The position numbers and the translations under genes are program-made. Below are positions 9,064-18,467 of a stretch of 48,084 bases of DNA, piece by piece (position 1 is the stretch's first letter; each line of letters begins with the position of its first letter). The stretch lies in the sequence record DRR723986_1729; one strand, 5' to 3'. Below the pieces are notes generated by a model, which saw only the letters and a list, made by a program, of their open reading frames with translations, did no database searches and was not told the DNA's origin.

Positions 9064-10569
9064 ATGCTTAGCGATCTGATGGGCGGCTTCGGAGTCGTCC
9101 TCCAGCCGATCAACCTGCTGATCTTGGCCACGGCGGTGCTGATCGGCTTCGTCGGCGGCGCGCTGCCGGGCATCAGCGGCGTGATCCTCGTGGTGATCCT
9201 GCTGCCCGTGACCTACTCCATGGAGCCCACGGGGGCCTTCATGCTGCTGACGGCGATCTATGCCTCGAGCGTGTTCTCGGGGCTGATCACCGCCATCCTC
9301 TACCGCGCCCCCGGCACGCCCGAGGCGGTGATGACCGCCATCGACGGCTATCCGATGACCCAAAAGGGCGAGGCGGGCAAGGCGCTTGGCATCGGCATCC
9401 TCGCCTCGACCGTGGGCGGCGTGGTGGGCACCGTGGTGCTGATCGTCGCCACGCCGCTGCTGGCGGACATCGCGCTGCAATTCTCGTCGCCCGAGTTCTT
9501 CGCGCTGGCGGTCCTTGGCCTCACGGTGGTGGCCTCGCTTGGCGGCAACCTCATCATGGGAGTGATCGGCGTCTGCATCGGGCTGGTCATCGCCTCGGTG
9601 GGGCTGGACCCGCTGACCGGCACACCGCGCTTCACCTTCGGCAACCTCGAATTGATGAGCGGCATCAACCTGATCCCCGTCATCATCGGCCTCTTCGCCA
9701 TCTCGGAAGTGCTCAAGCGCAGTCAGGAGGGCGACGTCCATCTGGCCAGCAAGTCCTTCAGGATCCGCATCTTCGACTGGTCGGTGATCCGCCAGATCCG
9801 GGGCGCGATCCTGCGGTCTTCGATCCTTGGCACCGCCATCGGCATCCTGCCCGGCATCGGCGCCTCGACCGCCGCCATGGTGGCCTATTCGGAAACCGTG
9901 CGCTGGTCGAAGGACCGCTCGCGCTTTGGCCGGGGCGCGCCCGAGGGCGTCGCCGCGCCGGAGGCGGCCAACAATGCCGCCGCCATGGGGGCGCTGGTGC
10001 CGCTCTTCGCGCTTGGCATCCCCGGTTCGGGCACAACGGCGGTGATCCTTGGCGCCTTCATCGTGCACGGGCTGACCCCCGGCCCGACCTTCATGACCGG
10101 CAACGCCGACCTGATCTACGCGGTCTTCGTCGGCCTGTTGATCGTGAACCTGCTGATCCTGCTGTTCTCGAAACCGTTCATCGCCCTGCTGTCGAAACTG
10201 CTCGATGTGCCCTATTCGGTGCTGGGTCCGATCATCGTCATCTGCTGCGTGGTCGGCACCTATTCGGTGCAGAACTCGCTGATGGACGTGTGGCTGATGC
10301 TGGGCTTCGGGCTGGCGGGCTTCCTGCTGGAAAAGATCGGCTTCCCGCTGGTCGCGATCATCCTCGGCGTCGTGCTGGGCCCCATCGCGGAAAGCGAGCT
10401 GCGCCGGTCGCTGGCCATGTCGCGCGGCGACTGGTCGGTGTTCTTCGACCGCCCCATCAGCGCCGTGCTGCTGGTGACGGCGATCCTTCTGGTGGTGTTC
10501 ACCGTGGTGGTGCCGATGCTGCGCCGTCGCCGCGAGACCCCAGCCACGGCCCAAGGCGGAGAGCAGTGA
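9064..10569 (+). CDS. tctA: TTT large permease TctA
   Basis: GALPGISG, PGTPEAVMTAIDGYPM, GVAAPEAANNA, LGIPGS, ILGVVLGP motifs; about 501 aa. Confidence 0.94.
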   Translation: MLSDLMGGFGVVLQPINLLILATAVLIGFVGGALPGISGVILVVILLPVTYSMEPTGAFMLLTAIYASSVFSGLITAILYRAPGTPEAVMTAIDGYPMTQKGEAGKALGIGILASTVGGVVGTVVLIVATPLLADIALQFSSPEFFALAVLGLTVVASLGGNLIMGVIGVCIGLVIASVGLDPLTGTPRFTFGNLELMSGINLIPVIIGLFAISEVLKRSQEGDVHLASKSFRIRIFDWSVIRQIRGAILRSSILGTAIGILPGIGASTAAMVAYSETVRWSKDRSRFGRGAPEGVAAPEAANNAAAMGALVPLFALGIPGSGTTAVILGAFIVHGLTPGPTFMTGNADLIYAVFVGLLIVNLLILLFSKPFIALLSKLLDVPYSVLGPIIVICCVVGTYSVQNSLMDVWLMLGFGLAGFLLEKIGFPLVAIILGVVLGPIAESELRRSLAMSRGDWSVFFDRPISAVLLVTAILLVVFTVVVPMLRRRRETPATAQGGEQ

Positions 10570-10814
10570 CGGACGTCTGACTGGCCCGGGGGCCGGGTCA
10601 CGAACCGGGATGAAGCGGTGCCGATGTCACCGGCCCGCATCATCCCGGGCTGGAAGGCCGAGAAAGCCGTGGCGGCAGGCCGTCTTCCGTTACATAATCC
10701 GCATTACACGCGCTTTTGGCGTGAGCAGGCACAGTCCGACCCATGTCGCGACGCCCCCCCTTCTCGAAAGAGATTTTCGAGCAGCAAGGGGCGCCCGCGA
10801 ATGCGCTCGCGTGG

Positions 10815-11588
10815 TCAGACGGGTTCGCCTTCGAACTGCGCGAGGGTGACGCCGCTGTCGTGCAAGGCGCGGCGCACCTCCGACGCGATGCGGACCGCCG
10901 TCGGGGTGTCCCCGTGCAGGCAGATCGTGTCGATGCGCGTTTCGATGCGTTTGCCGCTTTCGGTGATGATCGCGCCTTCGCGGACCATCTCGGCCATGCG
11001 GCGGCCGGCCTCGTCGGGGTCATGGATGACCGCCCCGGGCAAGGCGCGATCCACCAGCGTTGCGTCGTCGTTATAGGCCCGATCTGCGAAGATCTCGCAG
11101 GCGACCTTGCAGCCCAAGGCAGAGGCCGCCCGTTGCTGCGCAGTGCCGGCCAGAACCATGACGATCATGTCCGGCGCGACGTCGAGCGCGGCCTCGTAGC
11201 AGGCCTTGGCCATCGCCTCATCCTCGGACGCCATGTTCGCCAAGGCGCCGTGCAGCTTCAGATGGCGCACCGTGCTGCCCGCGGCCTTTGCCATGGCTTG
11301 CGCCGCACCCAGTTGATAGCGCACCAGATTCTTCAGAGAGTCGTGGGCAATCTTCATCCGTTGCCGCCCAAAGCCGTGCAGGTCGGGAAAGCCCGGGTGC
11401 GCGCCGATGCCGACGCCCTTCTGCGTGGCTGCTTTCATGGTCGCGGCCATCACGTCCCAATCGCCGGCGTGAAAGCCGCAGGCGACATTGGCCGAGGTCA
11501 CGATATCCAGCAGGGCCTTGTCATCGCCCATGGTCCACGCGCCATAGCTTTCGCCCATGTCGGCGTTCAAATCGACCGTTCGAGTCAT
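10815..11588 (-). CDS. pxpA: 5-oxoprolinase subunit A (LamB/YcsF family)
   Basis: VDLNADMGESYG, SANVACGFHAGD, GAHPGFPDL, HLKLHGAL, EIFADRAY, TICLHGD. Confidence 0.93.
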   Translation of the reverse strand: MTRTVDLNADMGESYGAWTMGDDKALLDIVTSANVACGFHAGDWDVMAATMKAATQKGVGIGAHPGFPDLHGFGRQRMKIAHDSLKNLVRYQLGAAQAMAKAAGSTVRHLKLHGALANMASEDEAMAKACYEAALDVAPDMIVMVLAGTAQQRAASALGCKVACEIFADRAYNDDATLVDRALPGAVIHDPDEAGRRMAEMVREGAIITESGKRIETRIDTICLHGDTPTAVRIASEVRRALHDSGVTLAQFEGEPV

Positions 11589-12613
11589 TCCGTCATCCCC
11601 TCTATATCTTCGTTTCCGGCGACCACTCCGCCGATCAGGTTGTACGACAGCAGATCGCGCATCCGGTGCGGATCGCGGATCAGCGGGCGGCAGTGCCGGC
11701 CCAGCTCTGCGCGCAGCCTTGCGTCGGCGCGCTCCAGCTCCACGGCCTCGTCCAGATCGACGAAGCGGAACCGCAATTCCGCCCCGGCGGGTGCCTGCGC
11801 CACGCGCGGCAGATCGCAGGGCAGAACCGTGCCGATCCGTGGATAGCCGCCCGTCGTCTGGCATTCCACCATGAGCACGAAGGGCATGCCGTCGCCGGTG
11901 ACCTGAATGTCGCCGGGCATCACGATCTCGGAGACCACGTTGCGCCCGCCTTCGACGTGATATCCGCCACCCTCGGGGGTCAGGGCCACACCCATCCTGT
12001 TGGCGCGCGCGGCCCGGCGCATGGGCTCGGCCTGAAGCCGGTCCAGTTCGGCCTTGCCGAAGCGATGGGTCTGGAAGCTGGGGGTCAGGCGGACCGCACC
12101 GCCTTGAAAGCGGTCTTCGACGTCGATCACCCTGTTCGTTTCGCGCCCCTTGTCGGTGCCGATGGCCAGCGTTTCGCCATCCTGCAACAGCGCGCCAATC
12201 CCGGCAGAGAGATGCGCGGACCCGGCCCCGAGGAAGGGATCGGCCGCGAACCCGCCGCCCACGTGCAGATAGCCGTAACACCCCGCCGTCGCGGCCCCGA
12301 TGGACAGGCGCTCACCCGCAGGCAGCCAGTGCGAGGCGTTCCACGTCACCGCTTCGCCGTCGATGGTGGTGCGCATGGGCGCGCCCGTCAGCGCGATGCG
12401 TATGTCCTCGCTCGCCTGAAACTCGCCACCCAGCGCGGCCATTTCCAGCGCAAGCGTTCCGGCGGGTTGACCCAGCAGGGCCGCGCCTTCGGCCAGAGCC
12501 AGCCGGTCGGCCGCCCCGCCCCGCGACAGGCCAAGCGCCAGATGGCCGGGACGTCCCATGTCCTGCAGTGTCATGCTGGGACCGGCGCGCAGGATCGTCA
12601 GTTGAGCGCTCAT
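11585..12613 (-). CDS. pxpC: 5-oxoprolinase subunit C (allophanate hydrolase subunit 2/KipA family)
   Basis: TLQDMGRPG, GGAAD, NRMG, PGDIQV, CQTTGGYPRIG. Confidence 0.88.
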   Translation of the reverse strand: MSAQLTILRAGPSMTLQDMGRPGHLALGLSRGGAADRLALAEGAALLGQPAGTLALEMAALGGEFQASEDIRIALTGAPMRTTIDGEAVTWNASHWLPAGERLSIGAATAGCYGYLHVGGGFAADPFLGAGSAHLSAGIGALLQDGETLAIGTDKGRETNRVIDVEDRFQGGAVRLTPSFQTHRFGKAELDRLQAEPMRRAARANRMGVALTPEGGGYHVEGGRNVVSEIVMPGDIQVTGDGMPFVLMVECQTTGGYPRIGTVLPCDLPRVAQAPAGAELRFRFVDLDEAVELERADARLRAELGRHCRPLIRDPHRMRDLLSYNLIGGVVAGNEDIEGMTE

Positions 12614-13350
12614 TTGATCGTCTCGCAGGTCGCGCCTCCGTCGGGATCGCTGCGCATGTTGTGCAGTGACGCGGCATCCGTGGCGGTGAATTGCACCTCG
12701 TCCCCGGGGCGCAGAAGGATCGGTTCGTCTGCCTCGGGTCGAAACAGCGTGATGGCCGTCTGCCCGACGTGCTGCCAGCCGGTCGGGGCAGAGACGCCGA
12801 AGAGCACGAATTGCCGGATCGCCACGACCAGCGCCCCCTGTGGCACCCGCTCGGTCAACTGGCTTTGGCGGGGAATGTCCCAAGCCTCGGGCAATTCCCC
12901 CAGATAGGGCTGACCGGGCGAGAACCCCAGCGCCTGCACACGCAGCCGGGCCTCCGACAGAGAGGTGACGGCCTCTGCCTCGGTCATCCCGGCGGCCTCG
13001 GCCGCCTGCGCAAGTTGCGGAGCCAGTTCGGTGCCGTAGACCGTCGGGATGCGCCAGAACTTCCGCCCCGTCGGCAGGCTTGCCTCGAACCAGTCGCGGC
13101 TTTTGGCGAGGGCCTCCACCTTTGCCATCATGGCGTGATGGGTCAGGTGCAAGGGGTCGAAGCGGATGAAGCAGGAGACCAGCGTCGACGAGGTTTCCTC
13201 GACCCCGTCCCAGCCCTCGGCCTCGACGGCGGCGCGAAAGGCCAGGGCGGCCCGGTTGGCGGGTTCGCTCAACCTGTCGCCGAAGCTGACCAGAAGACCG
13301 TCGACACCACCCGTGCGGATCATCGGATATTCAGGGTAAGGAAGGGTCAC
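12610..13350 (-). CDS. pxpB: 5-oxoprolinase subunit B (allophanate hydrolase subunit 1/KipI family)
   Basis: LLVSFGD, IPTVYG, LGFSPGQPYLG, SAPTGWQHVGQT, LLRPGDEVQF. GTG start overlaps the dctM stop; alternative ATG at 13323. Confidence 0.86.
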   Translation of the reverse strand: MTLPYPEYPMIRTGGVDGLLVSFGDRLSEPANRAALAFRAAVEAEGWDGVEETSSTLVSCFIRFDPLHLTHHAMMAKVEALAKSRDWFEASLPTGRKFWRIPTVYGTELAPQLAQAAEAAGMTEAEAVTSLSEARLRVQALGFSPGQPYLGELPEAWDIPRQSQLTERVPQGALVVAIRQFVLFGVSAPTGWQHVGQTAITLFRPEADEPILLRPGDEVQFTATDAASLHNMRSDPDGGATCETIK

Positions 13351-14642
13351 ATCTGCTCCGGCAGGTAGGTCACGATGGAGGGGAAGATCGCGATCAGGAC
13401 CAGCGCGACCACCATCAGGAAGAAGAACGGCAGCGCAGCGCGGGCAACCGTCAGGATATCGCGCCCCGTCAGCGATTGCAGCACGAAGAGGTTGAAGCCC
13501 ACCGGCGGGGTGATCTGGCTCATCTCGACGACGATCACCAGAAAGATGCCGAACCACAGCGGGTCGATGCCGGCCTGCTGCACCATCGGCATGATGACCG
13601 AGGCGGTCAGTACCACGACCGAAATCCCGTCGAGGAAACAGCCGAGGATCACGAAGAACACCGTCAGCGCGGCCAGCAGGGTGAAGGTCGACAGGCCAAG
13701 CCCGCCGATCCATTCCGCAAGGATGCGCGGGATGCCGGTAAAGCCCATGGCCACGGTGAGGAAGGACGCCCCCGCAAGGATGAAGCCGATCATGCAGGAG
13801 GTCACGGTCGCGCCCATCAAGCCTTCGACGAAGCTGGTGCGGGTCAGCGTGCCGGAACTCCACGACAGGATCAGCGCCAGCACGACGCCGACGGCGGCCG
13901 CATCCGTGGGCGAGGCGATCCCGGTATAGATCGACCCGATCACCCCGCCGATCAGCAAGATCACCGGCACCAAGCGCCGCGAGCGACGCAGCTTTTCGCG
14001 GAAGCTGGCCGAGATGTCTTCCATCGGAAGGGTGTCGCGGTTCAGCGCGGCCCAGACGGCGACATATCCCACGAAGAGCGTCACGAGAAGCAGGCCGGGC
14101 AGGACGCCAGCGATGAACAGCCGCGCGATGGATTGCTCGGTCGCGACGCCGTAGACGATCAGGATGATCGACGGCGGGATCAGCAGCCCCAGCGTCGCAG
14201 ACCCCGCCAGCGTCCCGATCACCATCTGCTCGGGATAGCCGCGCCGAGAGAGTTCGGGGATCGACAGCTTGCCGATCGTGGCCGCCGTCGCCGCCGACGA
14301 TCCCGACACCGCGGCAAAGATCCCGCAGGCGAAGACGTTGACGTGCAAGAGCTTGCCCGGCAGGCGGTTCATCCACGGCGAAAGCCCCGTGAACATGTCG
14401 TCCGACAGGCGCGACCGGAACAGGATCTCGCCCATCCAGATGAACAGCGGCAGCGCGGCAAGGGCCCATGAATTCGAATGGCCCCACATGGTCGTCGCCA
14501 TGACGAGTCCCAGCGGCGCGTTGCTGAACAGCGCCATGGCGGCGATGCCGACACCCAGCAGCGACAGGGCAACCCAAAGCCCCGCGCCGAGGAAGGCGAA
14601 CAGAAGGACGATCAGAATGACCGAAAGGATGGCGACGGACAT
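13347..14642 (-). CDS. dctM: TRAP transporter large permease DctM
   Basis: LPLFIWMGE, FAAVSGSS, LGLLIPPS, ITPPVGFNLF; 431 aa, hydrophobic. Confidence 0.94.
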   Translation of the reverse strand: MSVAILSVILIVLLFAFLGAGLWVALSLLGVGIAAMALFSNAPLGLVMATTMWGHSNSWALAALPLFIWMGEILFRSRLSDDMFTGLSPWMNRLPGKLLHVNVFACGIFAAVSGSSAATAATIGKLSIPELSRRGYPEQMVIGTLAGSATLGLLIPPSIILIVYGVATEQSIARLFIAGVLPGLLLVTLFVGYVAVWAALNRDTLPMEDISASFREKLRRSRRLVPVILLIGGVIGSIYTGIASPTDAAAVGVVLALILSWSSGTLTRTSFVEGLMGATVTSCMIGFILAGASFLTVAMGFTGIPRILAEWIGGLGLSTFTLLAALTVFFVILGCFLDGISVVVLTASVIMPMVQQAGIDPLWFGIFLVIVVEMSQITPPVGFNLFVLQSLTGRDILTVARAALPFFFLMVVALVLIAIFPSIVTYLPEQM

Positions 14643-14653
14643 GGTTCGGGCTC

Positions 14654-15202
14654 CTATTCGCTCAGCAGGTTTTCGCCCTTGCCGTCCCAGGACGCAGGAC
14701 GACCGCGCAGAAGGCCGACAAGTTCGTCGAGCAGAGCAATGGTGAGAATGACGAGGCCGAACGCGACAGGCAGTTGCGGCAACCAGAGCGGGACAGAGAC
14801 CATGCCGGAGGACCGGTCGCCGTATTCGAGGGATTCATACACGAGCAGGATCATGTACCAGCTTGCATAGGCGCTCATCGCCAGGGCGATCGCAACGACG
14901 ACGATCTCGACGCCGCGCTGCGCCCGGGCCGGCAGGCGGTTCAGCACCAGCGTCACGCGGATGTGCCCGCCTTCGTGCAGCGCATAGGCCAGCGCCAGAA
15001 AGGTCGAGGCGGCCAGAAAGAAGCCGGTGAAATCCGCATAGGACGGGATTGTCAGCCCAAGGCCGGTGCCGGTGATGCCGGCAGAGACCTTGTCCGCGAG
15101 GTTCAGGCAGACCTGAACGAAGACGACGGCGACGATGGCCACGATGAAGGCGGCAGCCAGCCCGCCGGATATTCGGTAGAGAGTGTCCAAGGCGCGCCGC
15201 AT
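14654..15202 (-). CDS. dctQ: TRAP transporter small permease DctQ
   Basis: Four hydrophobic segments, GGHIRVT motif, lies between dctP and dctM. Confidence 0.9.
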   Translation of the reverse strand: MRRALDTLYRISGGLAAAFIVAIVAVVFVQVCLNLADKVSAGITGTGLGLTIPSYADFTGFFLAASTFLALAYALHEGGHIRVTLVLNRLPARAQRGVEIVVVAIALAMSAYASWYMILLVYESLEYGDRSSGMVSVPLWLPQLPVAFGLVILTIALLDELVGLLRGRPASWDGKGENLLSE

Positions 15203-15229
15203 GATCGCTTCCCTTATGGTTGGGGGGTG

Positions 15230-15255
15230 GGCCGGGCGCGGCGGTGCGCCCGGCC
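15230..15255 (-). other. Intercistronic stem-loop after dctP
   Basis: GGCCGGGCGC-N6-GCGCCCGGCC perfect 10-bp inverted repeat. Confidence 0.6.
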
Positions 15256-15262
15256 TGTCGGG

Positions 15263-16234
15263 TTACTGGCCGTAGGCGCTCAGCAATGCGGCACCGGATT
15301 CGCCCGCCTCGGCGGTCCAGTTTTCCAGCATCTGCGCGCCAATCTCGCGCAGCCCCGTCATCAGCTCTTCCGAGGGCTCGACGACGACGATGCCGTTTTC
15401 GGCCAGAACCGCGGTCTGTGCCTCGGTTTCGGCGCGGCTCATCTCCCAGCCGCGGGCTTCTGCGGCGGCGGCGGCCTCGAGGACGGCGGCTTGGGTGGCG
15501 TCGTCCAGACGGCGGAACGACCGGGTGTTCACCACCACGATGTTCTTCGGGATCCACGCCTGGATGTCGGTGTAATGGGTCAGGAAGTCCCACGCCTTGG
15601 AATTCACGCCGGTCGAGGGCGAGGTGATCATCGCCTCGACGCGCCCGGTGCTGAAGGCCTGCGGGATATCGGGGTTTTCGACCTGAGTGGGGGCGGCCCC
15701 CGCAAGGTTGGCGAATTCCTCGAGGGTGGCGTTATAGGTGCGGAACTTCAGCCCCGCGAGGTCTTCGACGGAATTGATCTCGCCATTGGTATAAAGCCCC
15801 TGCGGCGGCCACGGCACCGAATAGAGCACCATCATGCCCTGCTCGTCCAGAAGCTGGGAAATCACGTCCTTCTGCGCGGCCCAGAGCCGTTCCGCCTCGT
15901 CGTAGTTGGTGGCGAGGAAGGGCAGCGAGTCCGCGCCGAAGGCCGGGTCCTCGTTGGCCAGAAGCGACAGGAAGAACTCGCCGATGGGCACCTGACCGCT
16001 GCGCACGGCCCTGCTGATCTCGGGGTGTTTGAAGAGCGATGCGGCGGAATGGACCTTGATTTCCAGCGCGCCATCGGTGGCCTCGGCCACATCGGCGGCG
16101 AATTCCGTGATGTTGACGGTGTGGAAGGTCGCATCCGGATAAGGCGTCGGCATGTCCCAGGTTTCGGCATGGGCGCCGATGGCCAAGCCTGCCAGAGCGG
16201 CGGCGGTCCCGCCAAGAATTCGTGTAACGAGCAT
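15263..16234 (-). CDS. dctP: TRAP substrate-binding protein DctP, probably pyroglutamate-binding
   Basis: Signal peptide AHA-E; WDMPTPYPDATFHT, WPPQGLY, GLKFR; co-transcribed with pxpBCA. Confidence 0.88.
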   Translation of the reverse strand: MLVTRILGGTAAALAGLAIGAHAETWDMPTPYPDATFHTVNITEFAADVAEATDGALEIKVHSAASLFKHPEISRAVRSGQVPIGEFFLSLLANEDPAFGADSLPFLATNYDEAERLWAAQKDVISQLLDEQGMMVLYSVPWPPQGLYTNGEINSVEDLAGLKFRTYNATLEEFANLAGAAPTQVENPDIPQAFSTGRVEAMITSPSTGVNSKAWDFLTHYTDIQAWIPKNIVVVNTRSFRRLDDATQAAVLEAAAAAEARGWEMSRAETEAQTAVLAENGIVVVEPSEELMTGLREIGAQMLENWTAEAGESGAALLSAYGQ

Positions 16235-16276
16235 CGTGCTCTCCCTGTTTTTCGTTGAATGAAAACAGGCTTGCAC

Positions 16277-16310
16277 GACGTTAACATTACGTCAACGATT
16301 TATAATCGTT
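16277..16310. promoter_or_regulatory. Tandem palindromes, putative MarR operator
   Basis: GACGT-TAACATT-ACGTC (16277-16293) abutting AACGATT-TAT-AATCGTT (16294-16310), upstream of dctP. Confidence 0.6.
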
Positions 16311-16406
16311 CGAGCACGGGGGGCCGCTCTGCCTGTTGAGTTATTGGGGAAATCTTGACAACATATGCCGAAAATATCAGCGAACTGCGCGCGAGGAGAG
16401 CCTTGA

Positions 16407-16928
16407 ATGACCGAAAAAACCCCGGCTGACCGCCGAATCGTCTCTTCCCGCCACCTGGCCCAGGGCGAGGGATGGGAACTGTCGGAGCTCGAGTTCGGCT
16501 TGATTGTCGGGTTCAACGCCTTCTCGCGATGGGTCACGCGCTGCATGGCCGCTGCGGGTCAGCCCGACCTCAGCCCGCTCGAGATCCTGATCCTGCACAA
16601 CGTCAATCACCGCGACAGGGACAAGCGGCTTTCCGACATCAGCTTTCTGCTGAACATCGAAGACAACCACACGGTGAACTATGCCCTGCGCAAACTGCTG
16701 AAGGCCGGGTTGCTGACGTCGGAAAAGAGGGGCAAGGAAGTGTTCTACCGCACGTCGCCCGAAGGCGTCGCGCTCTGCGTGGCCTACCGCGATGTGCGGC
16801 GGCAATGCCTGCTGAACGGCCTGTCGCCCGCGGAAATCAGCGGCGCGGAACTGCGCGAACTGGCCCGAATGCTGCGCGCCCTGTCCGGCCACTACGATCA
16901 GGCCAGCCGCGCCGCCGCGACGCTTTAG
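16407..16928 (+). CDS. MarR-like winged-helix transcriptional regulator
   Basis: LSDISFLLNIEDNHTVNYALRKLLKAGLLTSEKRGKEVFY winged HTH; divergent from the TRAP-pxp operon. Confidence 0.85.
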   Translation: MTEKTPADRRIVSSRHLAQGEGWELSELEFGLIVGFNAFSRWVTRCMAAAGQPDLSPLEILILHNVNHRDRDKRLSDISFLLNIEDNHTVNYALRKLLKAGLLTSEKRGKEVFYRTSPEGVALCVAYRDVRRQCLLNGLSPAEISGAELRELARMLRALSGHYDQASRAAATL

Positions 16929-17121
16929 CATCGCGGTTCGCTCCCGCACGAAGACCGGAGCGAGCCGTGCCTCGGTACGGGGCTGGCGCCCGTGATCTCA
17001 GCGCCGTTTGGCCGTGGACGTTGTGACGTCCGGCGCCGTCGAACCGCCGCCCGGCCGCCAATCTTGCGGGGGCACCGGCGAGATCACCCCCGTGACCTGA
17101 CCTCACCGATGCAAAGGGCCG

Positions 17122-18159
17122 TCAACCCGCGGGCCGGGGTGCTGCCACGACGCTCTTCTGCACGGCCTCTTCCAGCGCCTCCAGATAACGCGCGATCCTG
17201 TCTTCGGGAAGGAAGGCCCCGCTGAAGCTGTTTCTGGCCAGCTGGATGATTTCGTCGTCGGTAAGCCCGAGGCCCCGCTGAGCCGCGACGAAATTGGCGC
17301 CGATATAGCCGCCGAAGTAGGGCGGATCATCGGAATTGACCGTCACGTTCAGGCCCGCCCGCAACATCCTTGCCAGCGGATGCGCTTCTATCGACTCGAA
17401 GACCTTGAGCCGCAGGTTCGACAGCGGGCAAACGGTGAGGGTCATGCCGCAGTCGATCAGCTCCTGCGTCAGCTCGGCGTCCTCGAAGGCCCGCACCCCG
17501 TGGTCGAGCCGGTCGGGCGACAGCCCGTCCAGAGCCTCGCGCACCTCCTCCGGTCCTCCCTCCTCGCCCGCATGCACCGTGGTCTTCCAGCCCAAGGCGC
17601 GGGCGCGATCGTAAAGCGGACGGAACCTGGCCGTCGGAAAGCCGACCTCGCTGCCGCCCATGCCGATGGCGGACACGAGCGCGACCCAGCGCGGATGTTT
17701 CACGAAGGCCTCGAAGGCGGCTTCGGCCTCTTCCAGCGGGCGCTGGCGCTGCAGCCCGAAGATCATCGACGCGCCAACCCCCAACTCCGCTGCCCCCTCG
17801 TCGAAGGCCCGGGAAATGCCCGACATCATGGTGTCGACCGAGACGCCCCGCCGGAGGTGGCCCTGCACCGATACGTGAAACTCCGCATGGCACACCCCGT
17901 CCTCCGCGGCCTTTTCGAGATACTCCCGCGTCACCTCGTAAAAGTCCTGCTCCGTCACCATGACCGTAAGCCCGGCGTAGAACAGGTCGAGGAAGGCCTG
18001 GAGATCGTCGAAATCGTAAGCTGCCCGCAGCGCGGCCGCATCGGCAAACGGAAGGGCGATTCCATTGCGCCGGGACAGGCGCATGATGGTCTCGGGCTCG
18101 AGCGAGCCTTCGAGATGCAGGTGAAGTTCGGCCTTGGGGAGGGATTTGACGTCGATCAT
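17122..18159 (-). CDS. Adenine/adenosine deaminase-family metalloenzyme (COG1816)
   Basis: PKAELHLHLEGS, VHAGEEG, RLDHGV, CPLSN and NSDDPPYFG metal and catalytic motifs intact. Confidence 0.9.
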   Translation of the reverse strand: MIDVKSLPKAELHLHLEGSLEPETIMRLSRRNGIALPFADAAALRAAYDFDDLQAFLDLFYAGLTVMVTEQDFYEVTREYLEKAAEDGVCHAEFHVSVQGHLRRGVSVDTMMSGISRAFDEGAAELGVGASMIFGLQRQRPLEEAEAAFEAFVKHPRWVALVSAIGMGGSEVGFPTARFRPLYDRARALGWKTTVHAGEEGGPEEVREALDGLSPDRLDHGVRAFEDAELTQELIDCGMTLTVCPLSNLRLKVFESIEAHPLARMLRAGLNVTVNSDDPPYFGGYIGANFVAAQRGLGLTDDEIIQLARNSFSGAFLPEDRIARYLEALEEAVQKSVVAAPRPAG

Positions 18160-18350
18160 GTTTGTCCTGTCCTGCTTCGATCACAGACCCGAAGCGATGA
18201 AAGTTCCGGCAGTGCCCCGGGTGGGCGCTGAAAGATGCATCACGCGAAAATACCGCTGCGTATGCCAGCCCGGCCATGGCAGCGAATAAATCTCACAACC
18301 ATCTGAAATCAAACAGTTTGCATGGGCAGGTTATCGTCTGCGCGTGGTTT

Positions 18351-18376
18351 TGACAACGTTATCAGAAAACGTTTTC
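18351..18376. promoter_or_regulatory. Tandem LacI-type operators
   Basis: TGACAACGTTATCA (18351-18364) directly followed by perfect GAAAACGTTTTC (18365-18376); both have the AACGTT centre typical of LacI/PurR sites. Confidence 0.75.
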
Positions 18377-18467
18377 AAAGATTCGACAACGGACCGGCAC
18401 CGGCTCCGAATCCGTCACCGGGATCGGGTCGCACAAGAGACTGAAACAGGGACATCAGGAGTTCTCG

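Noticed and set aside
11585-13350. Urea carboxylase / allophanate hydrolase assignment
   Set aside because: No biotin carboxylase or amidase gene; the adjacent LamB/YcsF gene indicates PxpABC.
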